A stretch of 56,560 nucleotides of DNA from a virus (taxonomy: Duplodnaviria > Caudoviricetes): positions 1-56,560 of the IMG/VR virus record IMGVR_UViG_3300020179_000002; one strand, 5' to 3'. This document shows, piece by piece, positions 21,101 to 31,195 of the stretch (within the stretch, counting starts at the first letter, position 1; each line of letters starts with the position of its first letter). The notes below the pieces were generated by a model. It saw only the letters and a program-made list of their open reading frames with translations. It was not told the DNA's origin and ran no database searches. Both the position numbers and the translations under genes were made by a program.

Positions 21101-22149
21101 GCCTCACCCAAGGATCATCGTTACCTGACGTAACGACCAAAAAAACGATCGGTACAGCAGGCCCTGATTGGTATAATACATACCTGGAGAATCTAGCGAA
21201 AGCCGGATCGGGTGCGCTTGGTACAACGTCGGCGGAGGGAGTATTCACGCCGAAAACCGGTGCGGAACTGGTCGCTGGATTCGACCCGCTGCAGACCTCA
21301 GCGTTGGCCCGGGGTGCCACCGAACTCGAGGGGTACAGCGATTATTTCTCCGATGCGGCCGATTTGGCCGAAATGGCTGGGCAGGGGATAACCCCAGAAC
21401 TAATCGCCCAATACCTGAACCCTTTCGTCTCGGGCTTCACCCCAGAGGGTGGTGGAGCACGCGTACCGGGAGTAATCGACGAGATGGAGAGGCTCTCGCA
21501 GCAGAATATGCAGCGGAACCTCACCCCAGCGTTGAAAGCCTTCTTCGGAGGTACAGGCGGTACTGGGTCGCAACGCATGCTCGGAGCTATGGGACAGATG
21601 GGGGCTGACGTCCAGGCGAATCTTACCGGTGCGCAGACTCGAGCGCTCGCGGACGCTTACAACGAAGCGGTGAAGACCGCAGGTACCCAGGCCGGACTCT
21701 ACCGAACCGCAGCGGAGACCACGAAAGGTCTCGGGCAAGCGGACCTGGACGCAGCTATTAAATCGATCACCGGTCAATTTGACCTAGGCACGAAGAGCCA
21801 AGCGCAAGAGCAGGCGAAGCTTCTTGCACCAATCGCTGCGGCTACCGGTGCTGGAAACATTTTCGCGAATTTGAAGGTTCCGACCACAGTGACCGAGGAC
21901 TTCAAGGGACCAATGCCGGGTGCCTACGCCTCCTCGCCACTCTCGCAAATCGCCGGACTCGGATCGCTCTTCGCGGCGGGTGCAGGGGGTACTTCGGCAG
22001 TCCAAGGAATTACCGACACCTTCAAGAGCCTTTTTGGTTCGGGCAGCGATGGTGGCGGTGCACTTTCTGATTGGTATAAATCGAACGTAGAATGGTCGCC
22101 TGCTACGAACGTCGACAATTCGTGGGGCAAGGACTTCGGGGATATCTAA
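21097..22149 (+). CDS. Probable DNA ejection/pilot protein
   Basis: 350 aa, A/G/Q-rich helical; YLNPF motif; C-terminal SPLSQIAGLGSLF hydrophobic patch. Confidence 0.6.
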   Translation: MSLTQGSSLPDVTTKKTIGTAGPDWYNTYLENLAKAGSGALGTTSAEGVFTPKTGAELVAGFDPLQTSALARGATELEGYSDYFSDAADLAEMAGQGITPELIAQYLNPFVSGFTPEGGGARVPGVIDEMERLSQQNMQRNLTPALKAFFGGTGGTGSQRMLGAMGQMGADVQANLTGAQTRALADAYNEAVKTAGTQAGLYRTAAETTKGLGQADLDAAIKSITGQFDLGTKSQAQEQAKLLAPIAAATGAGNIFANLKVPTTVTEDFKGPMPGAYASSPLSQIAGLGSLFAAGAGGTSAVQGITDTFKSLFGSGSDGGGALSDWYKSNVEWSPATNVDNSWGKDFGDI

Positions 22150-22150
22150 C

Positions 22151-23773
22151 ATGACCACATCTGCTGGAGATTCAGGCGCGGAAGGCTACAGCCCACTTCT
22201 GGCGCAAATGCTCAAAATCGACCCGAATAAACTCGGGGAGGTATCCTTGTCCGCGCTCGGTAGACAAGCGATGGGGGCGGAGACCGAAGCCTACAAAGCA
22301 GCGATGACCGAGGTGACGGCGGCGCGGGAAGCGATGAAAGCCGCACTCGAAAACCGTAAGGGGCGAGTGGATCCCACGATGCTCGCACTCGCTCAAGGAT
22401 TCCTAGCACCCACAAGAACCGGCTCTTTTGGTGAATCGCTCGGTGCCGCAGTGGGGTCTTACCAACAAGCTCAAGCCAGAGAGGAATCCCGTGCAGCTGA
22501 ACTCGCGAAAATGCGCTTGGAACTTGCAAACGCTGCGATTCGAGAAGAGAAGGAGGCAGCAACACTGGGCCTCAACGTTGCATCGAAGCTTACCCCGAAG
22601 CTCACCGCTTTTCAGCTCCAAGTACAATCCGAGGGTCTAGACCCCCGATCCCCGAAAGGAATCGGGCGAATTCTAGAGCTACTGGCGATTGACAAGGCCA
22701 CACCTGAGATGCGTGAGTTCGCAGCAAGTGCGAACATTAAACTTACCGACCCCACGTTCCCCGCAGCATTCAAATCGGCACAGGCTGCGAAACCGCTAAC
22801 CGACGTCGCGGCGAGACTCGGAGTCGATGTACGCACCCCCGAGGGTCGGCAATCGGCCCAAGCCGAGTTGCAACGGGAGGCCTTCCGTAAGGAGAATCCC
22901 GAGGTGGCAAAAGCGCTGGCCTCCTTCGGTGGAGACCCGCTAAAGATCGGCGATCGTCAACGCGCGGAGCAAATCGTCACACGCACTCGAACTCTTGAAG
23001 AATCTTCGAAATCTCAAAGCATCGCAACGGCGAAGCTTCAAGCCGACCGTTTGCGCCAGGAGATCGAAGAGAATCGCCGTACGAATAACACCCCCGCAGT
23101 CGCCGAGGCCGCGAGAGCAGCCGGGGTACCGTTGGATACTACCGACCGGTACGCGGGGTTGACGCCCAAAGAGAGGGCCGAACAGCAGACTCGGGACCGG
23201 GAAGCTGCAGACAAGTACGTGTCCGAAAAGATTAACCCCTTCCTCGCGGGACTTGACGACGATGTTAATAACCTACGCCGCGCACTGGAACTTAACAAAC
23301 AGATCAACACCGGAATGGTGAAGGGAATGGGTTACGGAATCGGTGAGACCGCTAAATTGCTCTCTGGCGACCGTGCAAAATTTAATGAGTTTGATTCACT
23401 AGCTGCGTTGGCCGCGAAGCAGAACCGGATCCCGGGTGACTCCAACGTGTCGAACATCGATGTGCAAATGATGCGCCTCGGAACGTTCTCCTCGGACAAG
23501 GAGCCGAGCAGCAATGACACCATCATCCAATTCCAGTTGGCTCAAAGACTACGCGACCGCGATTACCAGAACTATATGTCCAATTATGCGGCGGTTAACG
23601 GTGCTATTACTCCTCGTGCTACTTCTGAGTGGCGGAGATATTTGGATGCTAATCCTATCACTGCTCGAGACAAAAACGGTAAACTGATCATGAACCCGAA
23701 TTGGGTACCGTACACCACCTATTTTTCCGCTCCGCGAGTGAAGGTCGACGCCAGCGGTAAGGAGACACAGTAA
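22151..23773 (+). CDS. Probable internal virion/ejection protein
   Basis: 540 aa coiled coil; LALAQGFLAPTRTGSFGESLG N-terminal motif. Confidence 0.6.
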   Translation: MTTSAGDSGAEGYSPLLAQMLKIDPNKLGEVSLSALGRQAMGAETEAYKAAMTEVTAAREAMKAALENRKGRVDPTMLALAQGFLAPTRTGSFGESLGAAVGSYQQAQAREESRAAELAKMRLELANAAIREEKEAATLGLNVASKLTPKLTAFQLQVQSEGLDPRSPKGIGRILELLAIDKATPEMREFAASANIKLTDPTFPAAFKSAQAAKPLTDVAARLGVDVRTPEGRQSAQAELQREAFRKENPEVAKALASFGGDPLKIGDRQRAEQIVTRTRTLEESSKSQSIATAKLQADRLRQEIEENRRTNNTPAVAEAARAAGVPLDTTDRYAGLTPKERAEQQTRDREAADKYVSEKINPFLAGLDDDVNNLRRALELNKQINTGMVKGMGYGIGETAKLLSGDRAKFNEFDSLAALAAKQNRIPGDSNVSNIDVQMMRLGTFSSDKEPSSNDTIIQFQLAQRLRDRDYQNYMSNYAAVNGAITPRATSEWRRYLDANPITARDKNGKLIMNPNWVPYTTYFSAPRVKVDASGKETQ

Positions 23774-25791
23774 TGGCTAAAGAGCGGTTGATCAATGGCG
23801 TCATCTACGAATTCCCGGACGATGCGAGAGACGCGACTATCGAGCGATTCGTGGCACGAAAGACCGGTAGCGCACAGGGCTGGACTCCGAAGACGCCAGT
23901 CAAGCGCGAAGAGCCGAATCTCTCCGGTATGCCTGCCGCATTCGCGCAGGGCCTTACGATGGGGTTCGCGGACGAAGCCATGGCTCGTGCTCGATCGCTC
24001 GGTGGTGGCGACTACTCGGATCTCGTCAAAGCCGAACGCGAATCACTCCGCAAGTACCAAGAAGAGCACCCGATAAAGAGCACATTGGCCGAGGTGGCCG
24101 GTGCAGCAGTCCCTGCAGTACTCACGGGTGGGGCGTCTTTGGCTCCACAAGTCCCGGCGAGATTGGCACCTAAACTCGCGCAGTTCCTCTTCGGCTCCTC
24201 CCCCTCGATCCCCAGAGCAATGGGGTACGGTGCGGGGCAGGGTGCGATCACCGCAGCTGGAACCACCGAGAAGCCACTGAGTGAACTTCCCGCCGAAATG
24301 ACCCGGGGTGCAGCACAAGGGTCGCTCTTCGCGGGTGGGCTAGGGGCGCTCGGCAAGTACGTAGTGATGCCCTCCTTCCGAGCGCTAAAGACCGCGATGG
24401 GATTCAGCGACGATAACAAAGCCGCAGACATTGTCATCGCCCGGGCACTTCAGCAGGACGGCAAGACTCCGGAGCAGGCACTCGCCACACTCCAAGCGGT
24501 ACAGCGTGGTGAAATGACCCTGGCCGACGTCGGGGAAGCCACCGCGAACCTGCTTCGTCGTGCCTCCCAGGCACCGGGACAGGCGAGAGATATAACCAAG
24601 AGCGCCCTCGTACAGCGCGAGGTAGGACGAGTCCCCCGGGTGTCCGATGACCTCCGCACCTTAATGTCGGGCAGCAAAGACTTCTACACCGACGTCCAGA
24701 ACCTGCTCGATTACAGGCGAAAATCGGCTAATGCGCTTTACACGGATGCGTGGTCGAATGCCCCCACATTCACCGCGCAGAATTCGCAAGATTTAGCTAA
24801 GCTCGCGAGTCTACCCTCGTTTAAAGAGGCGATGAAGGTCGGCCAGCGCCGGATGGAAGACCAAGGGATCGATATTTCGAATCCCCAAAACGTGCTCCGT
24901 GGGTTGCACGAGACGAAGCTCGCACTGGACGATCTGATCGCTGCACAGACGGACTCGATCACCCGTAAAGTGTCGCACCAGGGCGTGACCTACATGGACA
25001 TGCGGAACCGTCTCGTCCGCGAAATGGAGAAGCTTTCACCCCAGTACCGACAGGCAAGACTCCAGTACGCCGGGGATTCCGAGATGCTGGACGCCATGGA
25101 GAAGGGTAGACGCGTGTACCAGTCGCCTGAAATGATTATGCGGCGCGAGATCGCGGATTTCTCTCAGAATCCCTCGGTCTACGACGCTTACCGTGCTGGG
25201 ATCGCGCAATCGATGCTCGAAAGACTCCGCGCTGGGGGTGGTGCAGCGGACCCGCTACGGACTGTGTTCCCTAAGGATAGCGAAGCCAAAATACGGCAAG
25301 CGTTCAGGGACGACCGAGCATTCGACGAGTTCAAGAGCCGACTTCTCGAGGAATCTAAGATGCTCAACACCGAGAAAGCCGGGTTTCGACGGACTGCGAT
25401 CGACGCCGACCTCGACACCCAAGGAGCTTCAGGAGTGGGCGCTGCTCGTGCGCTCCTATCAGGAAGCCCGGTCCAAGCGGCGCTCGAAGCCCTCCGCGCA
25501 ACGTTCCCCCGGATAACTGGGATGCCGGAACAGACGGCACAATCTGTAGCGAGTAAGCTCACTACTCCGACCACGGGACTGGATCCGGTGATCGAGGGAA
25601 TCATGCGGAACCTGCAGGCTGAAGAGGCGGTGTTAAAATCCCAATCCGCTCTGGCGAACATTGGTGGAGCACTCGCCGGAAGTCAAGCGGCAGCAAGGAA
25701 GCCCACTCCTCAATACCCGGAGGACACCCAGGGACGCGAGGATGGGTCTCCGACTGATTCCTTGGGGTCTCCGTTGAGCTTGCAGAGGTAG
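23773..25791 (+). CDS. Probable internal virion/ejection protein
   Basis: 672 aa; YEFPDD and AQGLTMGFADE motifs common in podovirus DNA-transfer proteins; last gene of the late operon. Confidence 0.6.
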   Translation: MAKERLINGVIYEFPDDARDATIERFVARKTGSAQGWTPKTPVKREEPNLSGMPAAFAQGLTMGFADEAMARARSLGGGDYSDLVKAERESLRKYQEEHPIKSTLAEVAGAAVPAVLTGGASLAPQVPARLAPKLAQFLFGSSPSIPRAMGYGAGQGAITAAGTTEKPLSELPAEMTRGAAQGSLFAGGLGALGKYVVMPSFRALKTAMGFSDDNKAADIVIARALQQDGKTPEQALATLQAVQRGEMTLADVGEATANLLRRASQAPGQARDITKSALVQREVGRVPRVSDDLRTLMSGSKDFYTDVQNLLDYRRKSANALYTDAWSNAPTFTAQNSQDLAKLASLPSFKEAMKVGQRRMEDQGIDISNPQNVLRGLHETKLALDDLIAAQTDSITRKVSHQGVTYMDMRNRLVREMEKLSPQYRQARLQYAGDSEMLDAMEKGRRVYQSPEMIMRREIADFSQNPSVYDAYRAGIAQSMLERLRAGGGAADPLRTVFPKDSEAKIRQAFRDDRAFDEFKSRLLEESKMLNTEKAGFRRTAIDADLDTQGASGVGAARALLSGSPVQAALEALRATFPRITGMPEQTAQSVASKLTTPTTGLDPVIEGIMRNLQAEEAVLKSQSALANIGGALAGSQAAARKPTPQYPEDTQGREDGSPTDSLGSPLSLQR

Positions 25792-25802
25792 CAAGCTATG
25801 TT
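25774..25802 (+). promoter_or_regulatory. Putative sigma70 promoter with an internal palindrome
   Basis: TTGAGC-N17-TATGTT; AGCTTGC-N7-GCAAGCT overlaps the spacer. Confidence 0.4.
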
Positions 25803-25803
25803 A

Positions 25804-25891
25804 GTAGCCACCGGGGGTTTGAACGCCTCCGAGAGGCTCTCCTTGTGATTCTTATTTCGCACACCCGCATGAACCCTATCCCGGTGACGAC
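25804..25891 (+). ncRNA. Candidate structured small RNA A
   Basis: CACCGGG/CCCGGTG closing stem with internal hairpins GCCTC-CGA-GAGGC and TGTGA...TCGCA; intergenic, just after a promoter. Confidence 0.35.
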
Positions 25892-25937
25892 CTATGTGGC
25901 CCGTGGAGCAGGGTTGCCGTCTGGAACCCCTTAGGAC

Positions 25938-26189
25938 TGTTCCATTGTTCCATTACGGTGGAACAGAGATGGAACAGCCTACTGGCTCCGAGGCCCCGTC
26001 GGACGGACGTTCTGAGGCAGTGGTATTCCTGTTCCACTGTTCCATCCAATATATATACATATTCAGGTTCGAAAACACGAATAGTATACGTATATATGCA
26101 TGGAACAATGGAACAATTGCCGAGAGGCCTTGCGTGACGGGGGTTCTGGCCGTTCCATCTGTGTTCCATCATGATGGAACGGTGGAACA
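25938..26189. repeat. Nested palindromic element 1 (origin-like)
   Basis: 12 GTTCCA/TGGAAC hexamers in symmetric pairs around an AT-rich core; upstream of the primase. Confidence 0.85.
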
Positions 26190-26210
26190 AGGGTGGAGCA
26201 ATGCTAAGAC

Positions 26211-26239
26211 TTGCGCTCCGGGGAGAGATGTATTATAAT
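26211..26239 (+). promoter_or_regulatory. Sigma70 promoter for the primase/helicase genes
   Basis: TTGCGC-N17-TATAAT. Confidence 0.65.
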
Positions 26240-26292
26240 TATACCAGCCCACTGAGGTGGTGTCAATAGTAATAGATAGAGGAACGTAAAGG

Positions 26293-27846
26293 ATGGAAGG
26301 GTTAGTGAACGACTTCGCCGATTTATTCTCGGGGAACCTACGCTCTTACGGGCGATGGGATCCGGTCTCCGGGAACATGTCGACGGTTAAAGGGGAGGTC
26401 TCGAACGACCAGTACCTAGAGCACCTGGAGGGTGGAATCGGGTTGGGGATCGTTCCGGTGACAGACGGTGGCACCTGCAAGTTCGGGGCGATAGATGTGG
26501 ACAAGCACGAGTCGCCGGAGGATATCGATTTCGAGGCGCTGCAAGCCAAGATTAACGAGTACCGGCTCCCGCTGGTGATGTGCCGGACCAAACGCGGGGG
26601 TGCACACTTGTACCTTTTTGGCGAGGAGTACCTCCCGGCTAAGCAAGTGCGACGGGTGCTCGGGTCGTGGCGGGATGTGCTGGGGATCAAGCACAAGACC
26701 GAGATCTTCCCGAAGCAGGATTCGCTAGTCACTTCGGGTGGCGAGAAGGCGTTGGGTAACTGGATTAACCTTTGCTACTTCGACGCCGAGCAGACGCTCA
26801 GGTACGGATTCGACGATGACTGTAACAAGCTCTCGTTCGATCTTTTCCTGCAGTATGCACAGAGCAAGCGCGTTACTGTCGAGCAACTCGCTGAGCTTAC
26901 CCTTCGCGAGCACTTGGAGGCACCCCCTTGTATCCAAAAGATGATCCACTCCGGCGTCGAGTCCGGTGCTCGGAATGAGGCGCTGTACAACGTCACCGTG
27001 TACCTGAAGAGGGCGAGACCCGATAACTTTTTCGACGACGCGGTGGCGCTTAACGGTACGATGTTCGATAAACCGCTCGGGAACGCAGAAGCGAAAAAGG
27101 TTATTCGTTCCGCCTCACGGCGCGACTACCTGTACCGGTGCGCCGAGGAGCCCTGTAAGTCGCTTTGCGATCGTAAGGTATGTGTAACCCGCGAGTTCGG
27201 GATCTCGATGGACGAGAAAAAAGAACTCGACGCCCATGACGCGCTACCTCAGTTCTCGGAGCTGATCGAGTACCTGTCGGACCCGCCCCGGTGGGGGATA
27301 CACGTCAACGGGCAGTTGATTTCGAACATCCCGACCGTAGTGCTGAGGGACCCGAGCCTGATGGGTACGCTCATTTTCGAGCGACTCAAGATAAACATCC
27401 CGAAGATCACCCTCGATAATTGGCGCTCCCGGGTGCTGGATCCGCTGGTACCGAATATCCGGACGATCGAGGTGCCGAAAGAGGCGTCGGCGTCGGGGAT
27501 CGTGCAAGCGAAGTTCGCCGAGTTCGTGCAGAAGGCCGACCTGTCCAAGGACGGGAAGGATACCAATGATCGTAAAGCGCTGCTTCGCAACATCCCGATC
27601 GTGCAGGTCATCGATGGGACGCGTTGCGTGGTGTTCCGGGGAACCGCCTTCTCCGAGTACCTGAAGCGTAATAAAGCCGAGGTCCAGACCGGCATGGATC
27701 TGTGGACCACGCTGCGGCGCGATTGCAACGCTTCACACGACAAAATCCGCGTACCGGGTGGCAAGACCCTGAACGTCTGGTACGCTCCAATCACCGAGGA
27801 ATATGAGGTCAAGGTCGATGAGCCTGAATTTACCACCGAATTCTAA
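26293..27846 (+). CDS. AEP-superfamily primase(-polymerase) with PriCT domain
   Basis: FGAIDVD (motif I), RTKRGGAHLY (motif II), EIFPKQ, GNWINL; PriCT-like GARNEALYN. Confidence 0.8.
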   Translation: MEGLVNDFADLFSGNLRSYGRWDPVSGNMSTVKGEVSNDQYLEHLEGGIGLGIVPVTDGGTCKFGAIDVDKHESPEDIDFEALQAKINEYRLPLVMCRTKRGGAHLYLFGEEYLPAKQVRRVLGSWRDVLGIKHKTEIFPKQDSLVTSGGEKALGNWINLCYFDAEQTLRYGFDDDCNKLSFDLFLQYAQSKRVTVEQLAELTLREHLEAPPCIQKMIHSGVESGARNEALYNVTVYLKRARPDNFFDDAVALNGTMFDKPLGNAEAKKVIRSASRRDYLYRCAEEPCKSLCDRKVCVTREFGISMDEKKELDAHDALPQFSELIEYLSDPPRWGIHVNGQLISNIPTVVLRDPSLMGTLIFERLKINIPKITLDNWRSRVLDPLVPNIRTIEVPKEASASGIVQAKFAEFVQKADLSKDGKDTNDRKALLRNIPIVQVIDGTRCVVFRGTAFSEYLKRNKAEVQTGMDLWTTLRRDCNASHDKIRVPGGKTLNVWYAPITEEYEVKVDEPEFTTEF

Positions 27847-29557
27847 AGAAACGAGTATCGATTATGATCCCAAAACCGGACGGTTCATCGTCTCTTCCCC
27901 GCCTTGGCTTCTGGAAAAAGTGCGGCAGATTCCTAATCGTCGTTGGGATTCTCGTCGAAGAGTCTGGACTGCTCCTGCGCTCCGAGCTAATGCTGAGTAT
28001 ATACTCGTGGCTTTTCAGAGCTGTTGTCTCACTGACCGAGCTTCTGCTGCAGCTCAAGCGGCTCTCGAAAAATCCCGCCCTGTTCAGGGCTCAATGTTCC
28101 CGGCTGGTTATACTTTCCGAACGACTCCTCGGCCATATCAGAGACAGGCTCTTGACCGTGCATTCGACAAGAACGTCTTTGCGTATTATATGGACATGGG
28201 TACGGGGAAAACGAAGGTCTCTCTGGACTTGCTAGGCGCATTGTACTTGGACCAAAAGGTAGACCGTCTCCTGGTCGTTACTAAGTTCTCGACCCGCAAG
28301 AACTGGGAGCGTGAGATCGGCATCCATCTGCCCTTTGACGCGGATATCTTGGTGCTCGATACCGCTAAGCCCAGAGTGTTCGAGAAATGGAACACGACGG
28401 TCGACCGGTTCAAGATTCTTATCGTCGGCACCGAGTCTCTCGCCGCAGGGTCCGCCGTAAACTACGCGGACGCATTCCTGATGGTCTCGACTCGGGCCGC
28501 GATGGTGGTGGATGAGGCGCACATGATCAAGAACCATTCGGCGGTAAGGAGTAAGGCTTGCGTCTCGCTCGGCCGCAAAGCCGAGTACCGGTTCATCATG
28601 ACTGGCACCCCGGTAGCGAATGGTCCGATGGACGTTTTCATGCAATTCGAGTTCCTAGACCCAAATATTATTGGTATTGGAGATTATTATTCCTTCCGTA
28701 ATCGCTACGCGGTGATGGGTGGATTCGAGGGAAAGGAGATCGTCGGATACCAGAATCTGGATGAGTTGATCGAACTGATTTCCCCCTTTATCTTCCAGGT
28801 GCGTAAGTCCGAGGTACTTACCGAGTTGCCCCCGAAAGTTTTTACCGTGCGCGAAGTGCAGATGACTGATGAGCAAAAACGATTATATCGACAGATTTCT
28901 AAGGAAGATAAAGCAGTGTCCGGAGACCGGGGCGTCACCGTCAAGTCTGTGCTCGAGCGGATGCTCAGACTACAGGAGATCTGTGGCGGGGTTATTACGT
29001 ACGAGCGCAATCCCGATCTTTATAACCCGAACAAGTACGAGCATTGTCGTGTTTCAGGTAAGAATCCGAAGGTCGAAGAGCTAAAGGCGATAATGGAGGA
29101 GACTGACGGCGCGGTGATCATTTGGTGTCGATTCCTTGAGGAGATCGCGATGGTGAGCGAGTCCTTACGCGAGACTTACGGCCGCAGATCCGTAGTCGAG
29201 ATTCACGGCGAGATTGGGGAGCAGCAGCGAGACGATAACGTCCAGGCATTCCAACGTGGCGAGGCGCGATTCCTGGTCGGCAATGCAGCAACGGGCGGTG
29301 TGGGTCTAAATATGACTCGAGCCGAGACCGTGGTGTATTTCTCAAATTCATTCTCCTTCACCGATCGTGACCAATCCGAAGATCGTGCGCACCGAATAGG
29401 GCAGACGAAGTCGGTGACTTACATCGATCTAGTGTGCGAAGGGTCGGTGGACGAGGTTGTGCTCGATGCGCTACGGAGCAAAAAAGACGTCTCCGAGTAC
29501 GTGCGTCGAAGCATTAACGATGCAAACGGAGATATCTTACGTCAATTACTCTCCTAG
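27818..29557 (+). CDS. SNF2-family (SF2) helicase
   Basis: MDMGTGKT, DEAH, MTGTP, GGVGLNM and QSEDRAHRIGQ motifs; start could be 27803. Confidence 0.92.
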   Translation: MSLNLPPNSKETSIDYDPKTGRFIVSSPPWLLEKVRQIPNRRWDSRRRVWTAPALRANAEYILVAFQSCCLTDRASAAAQAALEKSRPVQGSMFPAGYTFRTTPRPYQRQALDRAFDKNVFAYYMDMGTGKTKVSLDLLGALYLDQKVDRLLVVTKFSTRKNWEREIGIHLPFDADILVLDTAKPRVFEKWNTTVDRFKILIVGTESLAAGSAVNYADAFLMVSTRAAMVVDEAHMIKNHSAVRSKACVSLGRKAEYRFIMTGTPVANGPMDVFMQFEFLDPNIIGIGDYYSFRNRYAVMGGFEGKEIVGYQNLDELIELISPFIFQVRKSEVLTELPPKVFTVREVQMTDEQKRLYRQISKEDKAVSGDRGVTVKSVLERMLRLQEICGGVITYERNPDLYNPNKYEHCRVSGKNPKVEELKAIMEETDGAVIIWCRFLEEIAMVSESLRETYGRRSVVEIHGEIGEQQRDDNVQAFQRGEARFLVGNAATGGVGLNMTRAETVVYFSNSFSFTDRDQSEDRAHRIGQTKSVTYIDLVCEGSVDEVVLDALRSKKDVSEYVRRSINDANGDILRQLLS

Positions 29558-29566
29558 TGGTATAAT
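29558..29566 (+). promoter_or_regulatory. Extended -10 promoter
   Basis: TGG-TATAAT followed by the ATAGAGGA RBS. Confidence 0.55.
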
Positions 29567-29595
29567 AGGAACCTGTTACATAGAGGAATAGAGCG

Positions 29596-29943
29596 ATGTC
29601 ATCCCGAGTATTTGTGACCCAAGAGGTCACCACCGCTAACTACACCGACCTCGATCGGTGGGGAGAGCCCACATTTTTAACCGCGTCTGAGGTCTCGAAT
29701 GTACGAACTTCGGTCCATAACCGTAAACTGGTACACGTCATTCGATCGAAGCTCGAAACCTTTGACCCGAAGTGTGACTATATCGCACCGTCTGGATCCC
29801 CAATTGTCACGGGGATTGTATTCGCTGTATTGGCAGCTCAGGGCGTCCGACAGTTCCCAGTGCTCAAGTGGAATAACCGAGACCGGGTATACACTCTGGT
29901 CCTTGTAGAAATCGATACGACGGAGGTGGAAGATGTCATCTGA
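29596..29943 (+). CDS. Hypothetical protein
   Basis: 115 aa, ATAGAGGA RBS. Confidence 0.75.
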   Translation: MSSRVFVTQEVTTANYTDLDRWGEPTFLTASEVSNVRTSVHNRKLVHVIRSKLETFDPKCDYIAPSGSPIVTGIVFAVLAAQGVRQFPVLKWNNRDRVYTLVLVEIDTTEVEDVI

Positions 29944-30376
29944 AGACGCGCTCAACGAGGAATTCCGGATATATGACGGATTGAAGCTCACCGAGCTGAT
30001 AATCCGAATGCACGAGATCCAGAGCAAGAAGGACCGGCTTGAAGCCCAAACGAAGGACCTTAACAAACATTTTGACTTCCTGCGAATCACCAAGATCCCC
30101 GGGCAGATGGAAGAGGAGGGCATCGACCGAATCAACGTCACCGGGGTAGGGCGGGTGTCGCTTACCGCAGATATGCACGTGTCGGTCAAGGCGGACAAGA
30201 AGGGCGATTTCTACCAGTGGTTGCGCGACAACGGTCGGTCGGACCTGATCGCCGAAACCGTGAATCCGTCGACGTTGAAAGCTGCGGTGAAGAGTATGGT
30301 CAAGAACGGTGAGGCGTACCCGGACGAACTTCTGAACGTTTCCCCTTTTACACGTGCCTCGATTACGAAGGCATAG
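29933..30376 (+). CDS. Conserved phage replication-region protein
   Basis: 147 aa, GGAGGT RBS; coiled coil plus WLRDNG...VNPSTLKA. Confidence 0.75.
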   Translation: MSSEDALNEEFRIYDGLKLTELIIRMHEIQSKKDRLEAQTKDLNKHFDFLRITKIPGQMEEEGIDRINVTGVGRVSLTADMHVSVKADKKGDFYQWLRDNGRSDLIAETVNPSTLKAAVKSMVKNGEAYPDELLNVSPFTRASITKA

Positions 30377-30445
30377 GAACGAATTCGGCGAAAGCTGAAT
30401 ACTGGCGGGAGGTCCCGTCTGTTAATTGTAATGGAGTAATCACAA

Positions 30446-31195
30446 ATGGCGAAAGCTAAATTATTAGTAACTACCACAAAGAGCGATGTTGATATTGTCA
30501 CTACGGACGCTCCTGAGTGGCTCCCGACCGGCATGACGCGGGGAACGGAGAACATCACGACGGACGACATGATCATTCCTCGAATCGAGGTGATTCAGGC
30601 GCTTTCCCCGGCGCGTAACAAAAAGGACTCCTCCTACATCGAAGGAGCCGAAGAGGGGATGCTGTTCAATAACGTGACCCGCGAGCTTTACGGCGAGTCG
30701 GTCACTGTGATTCCGGTGTTCTACACCAAGCAATACCTCATCTGGAAGGATCGAAAGCTCGGTGGCGGCGGCAGCAATGGCTTCCGGGGCGCATTCAACA
30801 CCCGCGAGGATGCACTGGCCGAGATCTCAAAGCTAGGTGAAGATGGGCTCGAAGCGATAGATACCGCGCAACACTTTGTGCTCGTGCATCACCTGGGGCA
30901 GGTTACCGAAGCTGTGCTTTCGATGAGCAAGTCGAAGATGAAGGTCAGCAAGCGTTGGAATTCGTTGGTGCGCATGACCAACATGGATTCGTTCGCTCGG
31001 GCTTACACGTTGTCTTCGGTCGAGGAGACCAACGCGCGGAACGAGTCCTATTACAATTTCAACATTGCACCGTTAGGATTCGTGAACAAATCGCTTTACG
31101 ATCGTGCGCTCCAGCTCTTCACCACGATCAAGTCCGGTGGCGTCAAGGTCAGCAACGATTACGATGCTGCCGATGTTGGTGAAACCGAGTACTGA
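30446..31195 (+). CDS. Putative single-stranded DNA-binding protein
   Basis: DMIIPRIEVIQALSP, SMSKSKMKVSKRWN and an acidic C-terminus; replication-module context. Confidence 0.55.
   Translation: MAKAKLLVTTTKSDVDIVTTDAPEWLPTGMTRGTENITTDDMIIPRIEVIQALSPARNKKDSSYIEGAEEGMLFNNVTRELYGESVTVIPVFYTKQYLIWKDRKLGGGGSNGFRGAFNTREDALAEISKLGEDGLEAIDTAQHFVLVHHLGQVTEAVLSMSKSKMKVSKRWNSLVRMTNMDSFARAYTLSSVEETNARNESYYNFNIAPLGFVNKSLYDRALQLFTTIKSGGVKVSNDYDAADVGETEY

Noticed and set aside
25938-26189. CRISPR array, tRNA or protelomerase site
   Set aside because: Repeats are 6-7 bp and inverted with no regular spacers; GGTTCGAA has no cloverleaf around it; no cas or protelomerase gene is seen
25876-26238. ORFs 25894-26238 (+) and 25876-26190 (-)
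   Set aside because: They are translations of the palindromic repeat element and have no RBS or coding character
30383-30419. Two small intergenic hairpins as an ncRNA
   Set aside because: No dedicated promoter; more simply an attenuator or mRNA-stabilising structure
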